Positions 47,220 to 55,495 of a stretch of DNA of 64,000 nucleotides are shown here, piece after piece. The notes under the pieces were generated by a model, which had not been told where the DNA came from, did no database searches, and saw only the letters and a program-made list of their open reading frames with translations. Source of the stretch: Allosphingosinicella sp. (GTDB taxonomy: Bacteria > Pseudomonadota > Alphaproteobacteria > Sphingomonadales > Sphingomonadaceae); contig DATHJO010000015.1 of the NCBI GenBank assembly GCA_035316145.1, positions 9,272 to 73,271 of the forward strand, given 5' to 3'. The position numbers were made by a program, and so were the translations under genes. Position 1 is the stretch's first letter; each line of letters starts with the position of its first letter.

Positions 47220-47534
47220 CCCGGGGTCCGCAGCGCCGCGATCAGCCGCGCCATGTTGGCGACATAGGTCGCGGTCGAGATGCCGGTGACCGGCCGGTCG
47301 GTCGTGCAGGGGGGCGGTGTCGCTGGCGTCGCCGACGTGGCTGGTGCGGCAGTCGCCGGGAACCGGTTGCGCCGGTCCTCGGCCGGCATAAAGGTTGCTG
47401 GTCGCGCGCAGCGGCGTCGGCCACCAGCCTTCGGCGTTGAGCGAATGAACGAGCTCGCGGAGCTGACCCTTAATCTCCCCCACGTTCATGCTCATGCCGT
47501 GGATGTCGGATTCCTGGCTCGTGTCATCCCGCAT
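47177..47534 (-). pseudogene. Possible frameshifted gene (weak resemblance to peptidase M15/endolysin-like proteins)
   Basis: The high-GC3 frame switches at a G6/C6 run (~47307-47313). N-terminal part ...GQLRELVHSLNAEG...SHVGDASD, C-terminal part ...PVTGISTATYVANMARLIAALRTPGY in another frame. Confidence 0.3.
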
Positions 47535-47598
47535 GGAGCACCGGGCAAAGCGGCGCCCCCCCTGAAGACCTTGCGGGAATCGTGGAAAATGCTAGGGT

Positions 47599-48225
47599 GT
47601 GGAGATGCGTAGACTTGTGATTTACGGCGCGGGCGGCTTCGGGCGCGAAGTCGTAACTGCCGCCCGTTTCGAAGACCGTGACCTGGTCTTCATGTCCGAT
47701 GGCCCGGCAGTGGATTTTGGCGGCATTCCGCATATCGGCATTACCGACTTGACGCCCGATGACGAGGTAGTGATCGCGATCGCGGACACCGCCGTCCGGC
47801 GCCGCCTTGCTGCCCGCTGCCAGCGCTTCGCCACGCTGATCGCGCCCACCGCCGTCATCGGCAACGAGGTTGAGATCGGCGAAGGCTCGATCATTTGCGA
47901 CTTCGCGATGGTGACGGCTTCCGCTAGGATCGGCCGTCATTTCCACTGCAATATCTATTCCTATGTCGCCCATGATTGCGTGATCGGGGATTTCGTGACG
48001 TTCGCCCCCAAGGTGTGCTGCAATGGGAATGTCCACGTTGGTGACGGCGCCTATATCGGGACCGGCGCGGTGATAAAGAATGGCGTTCCTGGGCGCCCCA
48101 TCGTGATTGGCGCGGGTGCGGTGATCGGCTGCGGCGCGGTCGTTACGAAGGATGTTCCGCCCGGCGTGACGGTCGTGGGCAATCCGGCGAGACCGCTTGA
48201 ACGAAAGCTCGCCGCCGTTGCCTGA
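47599..48225 (+). CDS. Hexapeptide-repeat acetyltransferase (NeuD/PglD-like sugar N/O-acetyltransferase)
   Basis: N-terminal Rossmann-like LVIYGAGGFGREV followed by left-handed beta-helix repeats IG.G..I....V. Confidence 0.8.
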   Translation: MEMRRLVIYGAGGFGREVVTAARFEDRDLVFMSDGPAVDFGGIPHIGITDLTPDDEVVIAIADTAVRRRLAARCQRFATLIAPTAVIGNEVEIGEGSIICDFAMVTASARIGRHFHCNIYSYVAHDCVIGDFVTFAPKVCCNGNVHVGDGAYIGTGAVIKNGVPGRPIVIGAGAVIGCGAVVTKDVPPGVTVVGNPARPLERKLAAVA

Positions 48226-48242
48226 CCTCGGTTGAATCGCGA

Positions 48243-49427
48243 TCATGTGGCGATCCACCCATGGGCACGGGCGCGAGCAAGCAGGGCATTGAGCTGGGTG
48301 ATCGCGCTGGCGGCATCGGTCGCGTCAGCTACTGCCGCCCCCTGTGCGCCCAGTACCTTGGTGCCGCCCACCTTGTAGCTGACCGAAACAGTGGCGGTGT
48401 GAAGCGCAGCATCGCCGCTGCAATCAATGTAGCCCGACTCGGCTCCGGCTGTGTCCAATATTTGGAGGGCGCGTGCCGTGTTGGAGTTGGTGCTTTGGAG
48501 CGACAGAACGCTGCGATTGGAGGCAGCCGGGGTGGACCGCGCCAAACGCCGACCATCGCGCGTGTCGTAGCTGTTCCCAGAGCCCAGATCGTCGATATTG
48601 CCGCGCTGCACGCCGAACCCGTCGCCGATGAGTTGGCAACCGAGCGAATTGGCGGTCAGTTTGATCAGATACGTAGCTTGGACTGCGGAGTTTTCGAGGC
48701 GAGGCATGAAGAGGGCATTATTCTCGCCATTGATGACCGCCGCGACTACACTGCCTGCCGGATCGGCATTGTCCTCCAGGCTGGGATGAAAGAAGACGTT
48801 GTTGCTGAGCGGACTCGCGGCGTAGTGATCGATCAAGATATTCGTGGATGAAGTGCCGGGCCAGCCTCCCGAGTGGTTGAAGCTGCCCGCTATGATCGTG
48901 TTCTCGTTGCAATAGCCTAGGGCGGAGGCCGTAAGGCGGAGGTTCGTCGTGTTGTCGTGAACGAATCCGGGAAAAATGGTGTTGTAGGCGCAGCCGTGCG
49001 CATTCCCTTCCATGATTATGCCGCTGGTGAAGGCGACACAGCGAGGGATATGAACGCGAGCAAAGACGAGGTTCAGCAACCTGACGCCCACGCTGCCCGA
49101 GGTTGGATCGTTGAGCGTCCGGTGTATCTTCAAGCCGCTAATGGTGAGGCAGCGGGTAATGTCGGACGCCTTGCCGATGACCAGAGCGTCCTTGGCCGAC
49201 GCGGCCGAATAGATCGACCCAACGAAATCGACCGTTGAATTATCCGGCAGGTCCATCGTGATCGTCGTGTTGCCAATGAAATGCCGGCCAGCGTCGATGA
49301 CCAGATGGGGAGCGACTCTCGACCGGGCTGCTGCTATGGCGGCGGTGAGGGCGCTAGAGACGTCCGTGTCCGTGCCGGCCAGACAAGCGGCCCTCTGAGC
49401 GTCGGTGTAGAAGTCGAATGCGCGCAT
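48243..49427 (-). CDS. Right-handed parallel beta-helix protein, tailspike/polysaccharide-depolymerase-like
   Basis: 394 aa with repetitive N/G/S/T-rich beta-helix rungs and a C-terminal ...GAQGAAVADATDAASAITQLNALLARARAHGWIAT tail. Confidence 0.6.
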   Translation of the reverse strand: MRAFDFYTDAQRAACLAGTDTDVSSALTAAIAAARSRVAPHLVIDAGRHFIGNTTITMDLPDNSTVDFVGSIYSAASAKDALVIGKASDITRCLTISGLKIHRTLNDPTSGSVGVRLLNLVFARVHIPRCVAFTSGIIMEGNAHGCAYNTIFPGFVHDNTTNLRLTASALGYCNENTIIAGSFNHSGGWPGTSSTNILIDHYAASPLSNNVFFHPSLEDNADPAGSVVAAVINGENNALFMPRLENSAVQATYLIKLTANSLGCQLIGDGFGVQRGNIDDLGSGNSYDTRDGRRLARSTPAASNRSVLSLQSTNSNTARALQILDTAGAESGYIDCSGDAALHTATVSVSYKVGGTKVLGAQGAAVADATDAASAITQLNALLARARAHGWIAT

Positions 49428-49553
49428 GTTACACCCCTATTTTCAGGGGACATTAGCATCCTGAGATACCGGGACGAAGCTAATTCAATCGCCTTGGCAG
49501 GGATGCACATGGACTTGTGTTGGGTTCCGGCGGCAAGATAGGGTACGACTTAC

Positions 49554-50234
49554 GTGAGTGCCGAAGTAACCCTGCTTACAAAACGCGATCGGTTCAGCCG
49601 AATGGCGCAGGAGATCGAGCGCGACATTTTCGGTTCCAGGATGGTTGTCTTTGAAGGTGCTGTTGGCGATGCGGAGCCGAAGGCACTCCAAGCCCACGCA
49701 CCGCAATATCTGATCTCGTTTCTGTCACCGTGGATCGTTCGCAAGATCACGCTGGATCGCTGCGGCTATGCTATCAACTTCCACCCCGGCTCGGTCGAGT
49801 ATCCGGGGACCGGCTGTTACAATTTCGCGCTCTATGAGGAGGCGCGAGACTATGGCGCGGTCTGCCATCATATGCTGCCGAAGGTGGATACAGGCAGGGT
49901 CATCCGCGAGGACCGCTTTGCCGTCCATGCTGGCGAAAGTGTCGAGAGCCTTAAGCTGCGCACCATGAATGTCATGATCGAGATGTATCGAGAGGTCGCG
50001 CTGAGTATCGCCGGCGGCCGCCCGTTGCCTGAAGCTCCCACCCACTGGACACGGAAGCCCTTCACCTTTCGCCAGATGGAGGCCCTCAAGGCCATCGACG
50101 CAACAATGCCCCCGGAAGAGATCGCTCGGCGAATCCGCGCGACTGTCTATCCAGGCTATCCCGGTCCTGTGCTTCATCGCGCAGATGGTTCGCGCCTGGT
50201 CTTTCCGGTCCCGCTGCGATCCGCCTTCGCATGA
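49554..50234 (+). CDS. Formyltransferase-family protein
   Basis: YLISFLSPWIV...AINFHPGSVEYPGTG...GAVCHHM...VDTG resembles the Formyl_trans_N core (HPS/D motif region). Start uncertain. Confidence 0.55.
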   Translation: MSAEVTLLTKRDRFSRMAQEIERDIFGSRMVVFEGAVGDAEPKALQAHAPQYLISFLSPWIVRKITLDRCGYAINFHPGSVEYPGTGCYNFALYEEARDYGAVCHHMLPKVDTGRVIREDRFAVHAGESVESLKLRTMNVMIEMYREVALSIAGGRPLPEAPTHWTRKPFTFRQMEALKAIDATMPPEEIARRIRATVYPGYPGPVLHRADGSRLVFPVPLRSAFA

Positions 50235-50367
50235 CTAGTCGCTTCAGCTCCCCATTGGCGGAATGAGCTACGAAGCCATGCGGCGTCATGTGGGCATCAA
50301 CCTCGGCATCTCTCGCCGCCAGCGTCAACGTCTTCGCCACAGCAACATCGCCAATCAGTCCGCCGTT

Positions 50368-50535
50368 CCCCTCGCGCAGCAACGCAACGAGAGGCTAATG
50401 GAGATGGTCGACATGGGCCGGGTCGATACCGCGCGGCTGGTGACCCACCGGTTCAGCCTCGACGACATCGAGAGAGCCTACGACCTGTTCGCGCACCAGC
50501 GCGACGGCGTCCTCAAGGTCGCGATCACGCCCTGA
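50368..50535 (+). pseudogene. 3' remnant of a zinc-type alcohol dehydrogenase gene
   Basis: Only the C-terminal ~50 residues are present (ERLMEMVDMGRVDTARLVTHRFSLDDIERAYDLFAHQRDGVLKVAITP). There is no catalytic or Rossmann domain upstream. Confidence 0.65.
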
Positions 50536-52204
50536 CCGCCAATTTCAGCGCGGCCTCGTAATCCGAGGCGTAGAGCGGCCTTGCGCCGTGCTCCTCGAAC
50601 AGCGGCTTCAAGGTGCGAAGCAGGTCGCGCCGGACGCCGCACAATATGATGCGAATACCGCCGCGCTGGGCTTCGACAAGCAGTTCATGCACTGCAATCG
50701 CTCCGCTCGCGTCCAGGAAGGGCACGCGCTCCAGCCGAAGGATGATGGTGGTCGGCGACGCGCCGACGCGCTTGAAGGCTTCGAGCAGGGTTTGCGCGAC
50801 GCCGAAGAAGAATGGGCCGTTGATCGCGAACACCTCCACGCCGGCCGGCAATTTGTCGCGCTGCGAGGCATCGTCCGTTTCGTCGAACCGCTCGCTCGAG
50901 GTCACCGCGGCGCCCTCGCTCATGCGCGCCATGAACAGCAGGCTGGACAAAGTGACGCCGACGCCGATCGCCACGGTGAGATCGACCAGGATGGTGAGGG
51001 CGAAGGTGAGGAGCAGCACCGTCCGCTCGCCCAGCGGCATCCGCAGCAGCACCAGGAACCGGCGCGCCTCGCTCATTCCCCAGGCGACGAGGAACAGGAC
51101 GGCGGCGAGCACCGCCATCGGCACCATCGCCATGAGGTCGGTCGCGAAGATGACGAAGAGGAGCAGGAACGCGGCATGGCAGATGCCCGCCACGGGACTG
51201 CGCCCGCCGGCCTTGATGTTCGCGGCAGTACGGGCGATCGCTCCCGTCGCCGGCAGCCCGCCGAACAAGGCCGAGGCGAGATTGCCGACGCCTTGCGCCA
51301 CCAGCTCCTGGTTGGAACGATGGCGAAAGCCGGTCATCCCGTCCGCGACCACCGCCGACAGCAGGGATTCGATGCCGGCGAGAAAGGCGATGGTGAAGGC
51401 GGCCGGGGCGAGCTCGCGCATCGCGCCGAGCGAGAAGGACGGCAAGGCGGGCGCGGGCAAGCCGCTGTGCAGGTCCGGGAAGCGCGTTCCGATCGTGTCG
51501 ACATGAAGGCCGAGCAGCCAGACCAGGGCCGCGCCGGCGGCGATCGCGATAAGAAAGGCGGGCAGGCGTGGCAGCCAGCGGCGCAGCATGATGATCAATG
51601 CGAGCGCGCCGCTGGCGAGAATCAGGGTGACGGGATCGACGCTGCCGATCGCCTGAAGATACTCCGCCCATCGGGGCAGGAAGTCGGCGGGCAGATGCTC
51701 GATCCGCAGCCCGAGAAAATCCTTCACCTGGCTCGAGGCGATGATGACCGCGATCCCGGCCGTGAAGCCGGTGATCACCGGATGCGGGATGAAGCGTATC
51801 ACTCGTCCCGCCCCGGCATAGCCGGCGACGATCAGGATCACGCCGGCCATGAGGGTGGCGAGGACGAGACCGTCATAGCCATGGGCGGCGATGACGTTGA
51901 ACACCACCACCACGAAGGCGCCGGTCGGGCCTCCGATCTGGGTCCGCGAACCGCCCAGCAAGGAAATGAAGAAGCCGGCGACAATGGCGGTGAGCAGGCC
52001 CTTGTCCGGCGAGGCGCCGCTGGCGATGCCAAGCGCCATGGCGAGCGGGAGCGCGATCACCGCGACGGTCAGCCCGGCTACGGCATCGGCCTTCAATCGG
52101 CGCAGGCCATAACCCTCGCGGATCACGGTCGCGAGCTTCGGCGTGAACTCCGCCCACCCGACCCGCGGCTCGTGGCCGGGGGCTTGTCGTTTCCTGCTCG
52201 CCAA
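50525..52204 (-). CDS. SulP-family anion transporter with C-terminal STAS domain
   Basis: 559 aa. GLTVAVIALPLAMALGIASG..., multiple TM segments, STAS-like tail. Confidence 0.9.
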   Translation of the reverse strand: MASRKRQAPGHEPRVGWAEFTPKLATVIREGYGLRRLKADAVAGLTVAVIALPLAMALGIASGASPDKGLLTAIVAGFFISLLGGSRTQIGGPTGAFVVVVFNVIAAHGYDGLVLATLMAGVILIVAGYAGAGRVIRFIPHPVITGFTAGIAVIIASSQVKDFLGLRIEHLPADFLPRWAEYLQAIGSVDPVTLILASGALALIIMLRRWLPRLPAFLIAIAAGAALVWLLGLHVDTIGTRFPDLHSGLPAPALPSFSLGAMRELAPAAFTIAFLAGIESLLSAVVADGMTGFRHRSNQELVAQGVGNLASALFGGLPATGAIARTAANIKAGGRSPVAGICHAAFLLLFVIFATDLMAMVPMAVLAAVLFLVAWGMSEARRFLVLLRMPLGERTVLLLTFALTILVDLTVAIGVGVTLSSLLFMARMSEGAAVTSSERFDETDDASQRDKLPAGVEVFAINGPFFFGVAQTLLEAFKRVGASPTTIILRLERVPFLDASGAIAVHELLVEAQRGGIRIILCGVRRDLLRTLKPLFEEHGARPLYASDYEAALKLAVRA

Positions 52205-52229
52205 TGTCTCTTCCCGGCCGCGACGCGCG

Positions 52230-52547
52230 CTACTTGCGCAGCAGCTTGTTCATATCGGTGACGAACACCGCGGTCGACCAGCCGATCAGCAGGAAGCCGG
52301 CCAGGCCCTCGACCGCGCCGACCAACCGCCATTGAGCGGGAAAGGCGATGTCGGGATGGCCGAGCGTGGCGTAGGCGGAGGTGGAGAAATAGAGCGCCTG
52401 CTCGAAGTCATGGATCGCGCCGATGCCGAGATAGAAGAGCGCGAACAGGCCGATTTCGAGCGTGTGAAGCGCGAACAGGCTGAGCGCCATCGAGATCAGC
52501 AGGGCGAACGCGCCGAAATCGAGCCGGTGCGCCCGCAACCGGCTCAT
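52230..52547 (-). CDS. Small two-TM ion-channel (Ion_trans_2-like) protein
   Basis: 105 aa with TM1 - pore-helix - filter-like YFSTSAYATLGHPD - TM2 architecture. Confidence 0.65.
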   Translation of the reverse strand: MSRLRAHRLDFGAFALLISMALSLFALHTLEIGLFALFYLGIGAIHDFEQALYFSTSAYATLGHPDIAFPAQWRLVGAVEGLAGFLLIGWSTAVFVTDMNKLLRK

Positions 52548-52937
52548 GGGCGGCTCGCCAGCATCGTCGTCTCCTTACCGGGGGCTCAGGGCTTTCATCG
52601 TCGACCTGCCACGTCCTCGATACTTCGCAGGTACCTAAATGTGCCGAGCTAGCGTTGCAGGGGCGACTGGACCGCGAAGCTTGGACCGCATTGGCTCGAC
52701 CGGCCGATCGCCCGTCTTGCTTGAACAAGTGGGGAGCGATGGAGGGAATGGGCGGATTGGCTCCGCACAAAGCTACATTATCAGGGTGCTAGGCATCCGA
52801 GTTTCGCCGCCTCCCGCGCAGCAGGACCGTTCATCACGGATAACCAGGGACACGCGTGGGGGCATGTCAACCGGACGCTCAGCCTTTTCCCATCCTAAAA
52901 TGCGGATTCCCACAATACACATCATCGGTTCGGAATG

Positions 52938-53028
52938 TGGCGGAGCGGGAGGGATTCGAACCCTCGATACGGTTTTGCCGTATACTCACTTTCCAGGCGA
53001 GCGCCTTCGACCACTCGGCCACCGCTCC
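52938..53028 (-). tRNA. tRNA-Ser (anticodon GGA)
   Basis: The minus strand reads GGAGCGGTGGCCGAGTGGTCGAAGGCGCTCGCCTGGAAAGTGAG...long variable arm...GAGGGTTCGAATCCCTCCCGCTCCGCCA. Anticodon loop is CT-GGA-AA. Confidence 0.9.
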
Positions 53029-53067
53029 GCATGCCCAGGAAGGCGCCCATCTAGTGGCGGCGGCAGG

Positions 53068-53367
53068 CTAGGGCAAGCTGGCCTCGATCTTCCGCGCCAG
53101 CGCGATATCCTTCACGGTGACGCCGCCCGCGCTGTGGGTGGACAAGAGAATGTCGACCCGGTTCCAGACGTTGCTCCAGTCGGGGTGATGGTCGGCCTTC
53201 TCCGCTTCGAGCGCGACCCGGACCATGAAGGCGAAGGCCGCGCCGAAATCGGCGAATTTGAAGCTCTTCGCGATGCCGTTTCTGTCGGCGTCGAACGTCC
53301 AGCCGGACAGCCCGGCCAACGCCTCGTCCCGTTCGCTCTCGGTCAGCACCTCTTCCTCCATCGCCAT
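53068..53367 (-). CDS. phhB: 4a-hydroxytetrahydrobiopterin (pterin-4-alpha-carbinolamine) dehydratase
   Basis: 99 aa: ...FKFADFGAAFAFMVRVALEAEKADHHPDWSNVWNRVDILLSTHSAGGVT. Confidence 0.9.
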   Translation of the reverse strand: MAMEEEVLTESERDEALAGLSGWTFDADRNGIAKSFKFADFGAAFAFMVRVALEAEKADHHPDWSNVWNRVDILLSTHSAGGVTVKDIALARKIEASLP

Positions 53368-53505
53368 CCGCCCTCCAGACCATTTTCGAGCTGCGTGGAT
53401 GCCACGCAGCGGCTCGGAAAATGGTCCAGATAAACTCAATAGAGCGCTTTCTGAACCGCAAAACCGGTTCCCACTTTTGCTGAAAGCGCTCTATGTCGCG
53501 CAGAG

Positions 53506-53907
53506 ATGGGGACGGGTCAAACCTACGCGCCCGACGCGGCGGCGATCGAGCGGCTCGCCGAAGCGGCGATCGGGCGGCTGCCCGAGACGTTCCGCCGGCA
53601 TCTCGCCAACGTCGTCCTCCGGATCGCGGACTATGCCGACGACGAGGTGCTCGACTCGCTCGGGATCGAGGATCCGTTCGAGCTGACCGGCCTTTATTCG
53701 GGCCGCTCGATGCGCGAGCAGAGCGGCTGGGCCTCGGGCGAGCTGCCGCCGATGATCCACCTCTACCGGCGGCCGCTGCTCGACGAATGGGCGGAAACCG
53801 GCGTCAGCCTCGAGGCGCTGATCACCCATGTCATCGTCCACGAGATCGGCCACCATTTCGGCTTCTCCGACGCCGACATGCATGCGATCGAGGAGCAGGC
53901 GGGTTGA
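53506..53907 (+). CDS. Zinicin-like metallopeptidase family protein (DUF1025-like)
   Basis: 133 aa with C-terminal HVIVHEIGHHFGFSD. Confidence 0.8.
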   Translation: MGTGQTYAPDAAAIERLAEAAIGRLPETFRRHLANVVLRIADYADDEVLDSLGIEDPFELTGLYSGRSMREQSGWASGELPPMIHLYRRPLLDEWAETGVSLEALITHVIVHEIGHHFGFSDADMHAIEEQAG

Positions 53908-54452
53908 ATGGCCTGCTCGCGCTCGACGGCGTCGCCTGCGTTCGCGGCGGCCGATTGCTGTTCGAAGGGCTGAGCCTGACGCTGGGACCCGGGGACGCCG
54001 CCCTCGTCACCGGGCCGAACGGGGCGGGCAAGTCCAGCCTCATCCGTGTCGCCGCCGGCCTGCTGAGGGCATCGGGAACGGTGGAACGAAGCGAGGCGGC
54101 CCTCGCCGATGAGCATCTCGCGCTCGACGAGCGCCGGTCGCTCGGCGATGCGCTCGCCTTCTGGACGAAGCGGAGCGGAGCGGGGATGGCGGCGATGGGT
54201 CTTGACCCGCTCGCCGAGGTGCCGGTGCGGATGCTCTCGGCCGGCCAGCGCCGGCGCGCCGCTTTGGCCCGCGTCGTCGCCAGCGGCGCCCCGCTCTGGC
54301 TGCTCGACGAGCCCGCCAACGGCCTCGACGCCGACGGCCTGGCGCGGCTCGACGCGGCGATGGCCGCCCACCGCGCCCAAGGCGGCGCGATCCTCGCCGC
54401 CAGCCACCAGCCGCTCGGCCTCGAAGGCGCCCAGACGGTGGCGCTCGGATGA
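53904..54452 (+). CDS. ccmA: Heme exporter ATP-binding protein CcmA
   Basis: TTG start overlapping the previous stop. GPNGAGKSSL, LSAGQRRR, LWLLDEP. Confidence 0.85.
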   Translation: MNGLLALDGVACVRGGRLLFEGLSLTLGPGDAALVTGPNGAGKSSLIRVAAGLLRASGTVERSEAALADEHLALDERRSLGDALAFWTKRSGAGMAAMGLDPLAEVPVRMLSAGQRRRAALARVVASGAPLWLLDEPANGLDADGLARLDAAMAAHRAQGGAILAASHQPLGLEGAQTVALG

Positions 54453-55090
54453 ACGCCTTGATCCTCCGCGAGCTGCGCCTGGCGGCGGGCGGCGGCGCGG
54501 CGCTGCTCCCGCTCGTCTTCTTCCTGCTGGTCGCGACCCTCTTCCCCTTCGCGATCGGGCCGGACGGAGCGTTGCTGGCGCGGACCGGCGGCGGCGCGCT
54601 CTGGATGGCCGCGCTGCTTGCGGCCCTGCTGCCGGTCGACCGGCTGGTCGCGTCCGACCGGGCCTCCGGCGTGCTCGATCAGCTCATGCTCAAGGGCGTG
54701 AGCGAGGAGACCGTCGCCCTCGCCAAGCTCGCCGGCCACTGGCTGAGCTTCGGCCCGCCGCTGATGCTGGCCGCGCTGCCGGCGGCGGCGCTCATGAAGC
54801 TGCCGCAGGAGGTGCTGGTCCGGCTCGAGCTTGGCCTGCTGATCGGCACGCCCGGCCTTGCCGCCCTCACCCTCGGCGTCGCCGCTTTGACCGCGGGCCT
54901 CAGGCGCAGCGGCGCGCTTGCCAGCCTGCTGCTGCTTCCCCTCGCCGTGCCGCTCTTGATCTTCGGCGGCGGCTATGTGGCGCGCGGCAACGAGGCCGGC
55001 GCGTTGCAATGGCTCGGCGCGGTCTCGCTGCTGCTCGTCGCCGGCGCACCATTTGTCGCCGGCGCGGCGATCAGGGCATCGCGGGACTGA
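54449..55090 (+). CDS. ccmB: Heme exporter membrane protein CcmB
   Basis: 213 aa, 6 TM segments, ...LFPFAIGPD... ATGA overlap with ccmA. Confidence 0.85.
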   Translation: MNALILRELRLAAGGGAALLPLVFFLLVATLFPFAIGPDGALLARTGGGALWMAALLAALLPVDRLVASDRASGVLDQLMLKGVSEETVALAKLAGHWLSFGPPLMLAALPAAALMKLPQEVLVRLELGLLIGTPGLAALTLGVAALTAGLRRSGALASLLLLPLAVPLLIFGGGYVARGNEAGALQWLGAVSLLLVAGAPFVAGAAIRASRD

Positions 55091-55336
55091 CTAGTCGGGG
55101 CGGACCGCGTCCAGGCTCGGTGGCGCGAGACCCTGATGGACTTCGCACCAATGGTTCCAATAGGAGATGCACTGCTGGTTCCCGCCGGCCCCGATCGAAG
55201 CGCAATATTCCCGCGCCCATTCCCAGCAATAGGGCGGGTCGTCCTGCGCGAGTGACGGCGTGCTGGCCGCGCCTGCGCCGAACATCATCAGAGCGGCGGC
55301 GGCGAAGAGCTTTGACTTGCTTGTCCTGTGTCGCAT
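55091..55336 (-). CDS. Small secreted Cys/Trp-rich protein
   Basis: 81 aa with signal peptide ...FGAGAASTPSLA. The mature ~50 aa carry 4 Cys and 5 Trp (PPYCWEWAREYC...QQCISYWNHWC). GGGAGGA SD and an AT-rich upstream region. Confidence 0.6.
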   Translation of the reverse strand: MRHRTSKSKLFAAAALMMFGAGAASTPSLAQDDPPYCWEWAREYCASIGAGGNQQCISYWNHWCEVHQGLAPPSLDAVRPD

Positions 55337-55495
55337 GGTCGTCGTTCCTCCCTTTTAAATACCGGAGAATTGGGAAGTAAACTATGACCTAATATGGAGG
55401 GATTCGCAATTCTAATATGATGAAGGAAGGCAAAGGCCGCTAAAATTACTGATGACCCTGCGGCTTTTACCGTATTTTGCGGGCTGCTGGTCGGA

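Noticed and set aside
46362-47534. 390-aa minus-strand ORF as a real gene
   Set aside because: Most of it runs antisense to the well-supported PAP2 phosphatase gene. Only its first ~75 codons (47300-47534) look coding, and these are treated as part of a frameshifted gene.
50263-50367. Full 90-aa ORF 50263..50535 as an intact small gene
   Set aside because: The first ~35 codons are low-quality Arg/Gln-rich sequence. Only the C-terminal part matches the conserved C-terminus of Zn-dependent dehydrogenases, so it is interpreted as a gene remnant.
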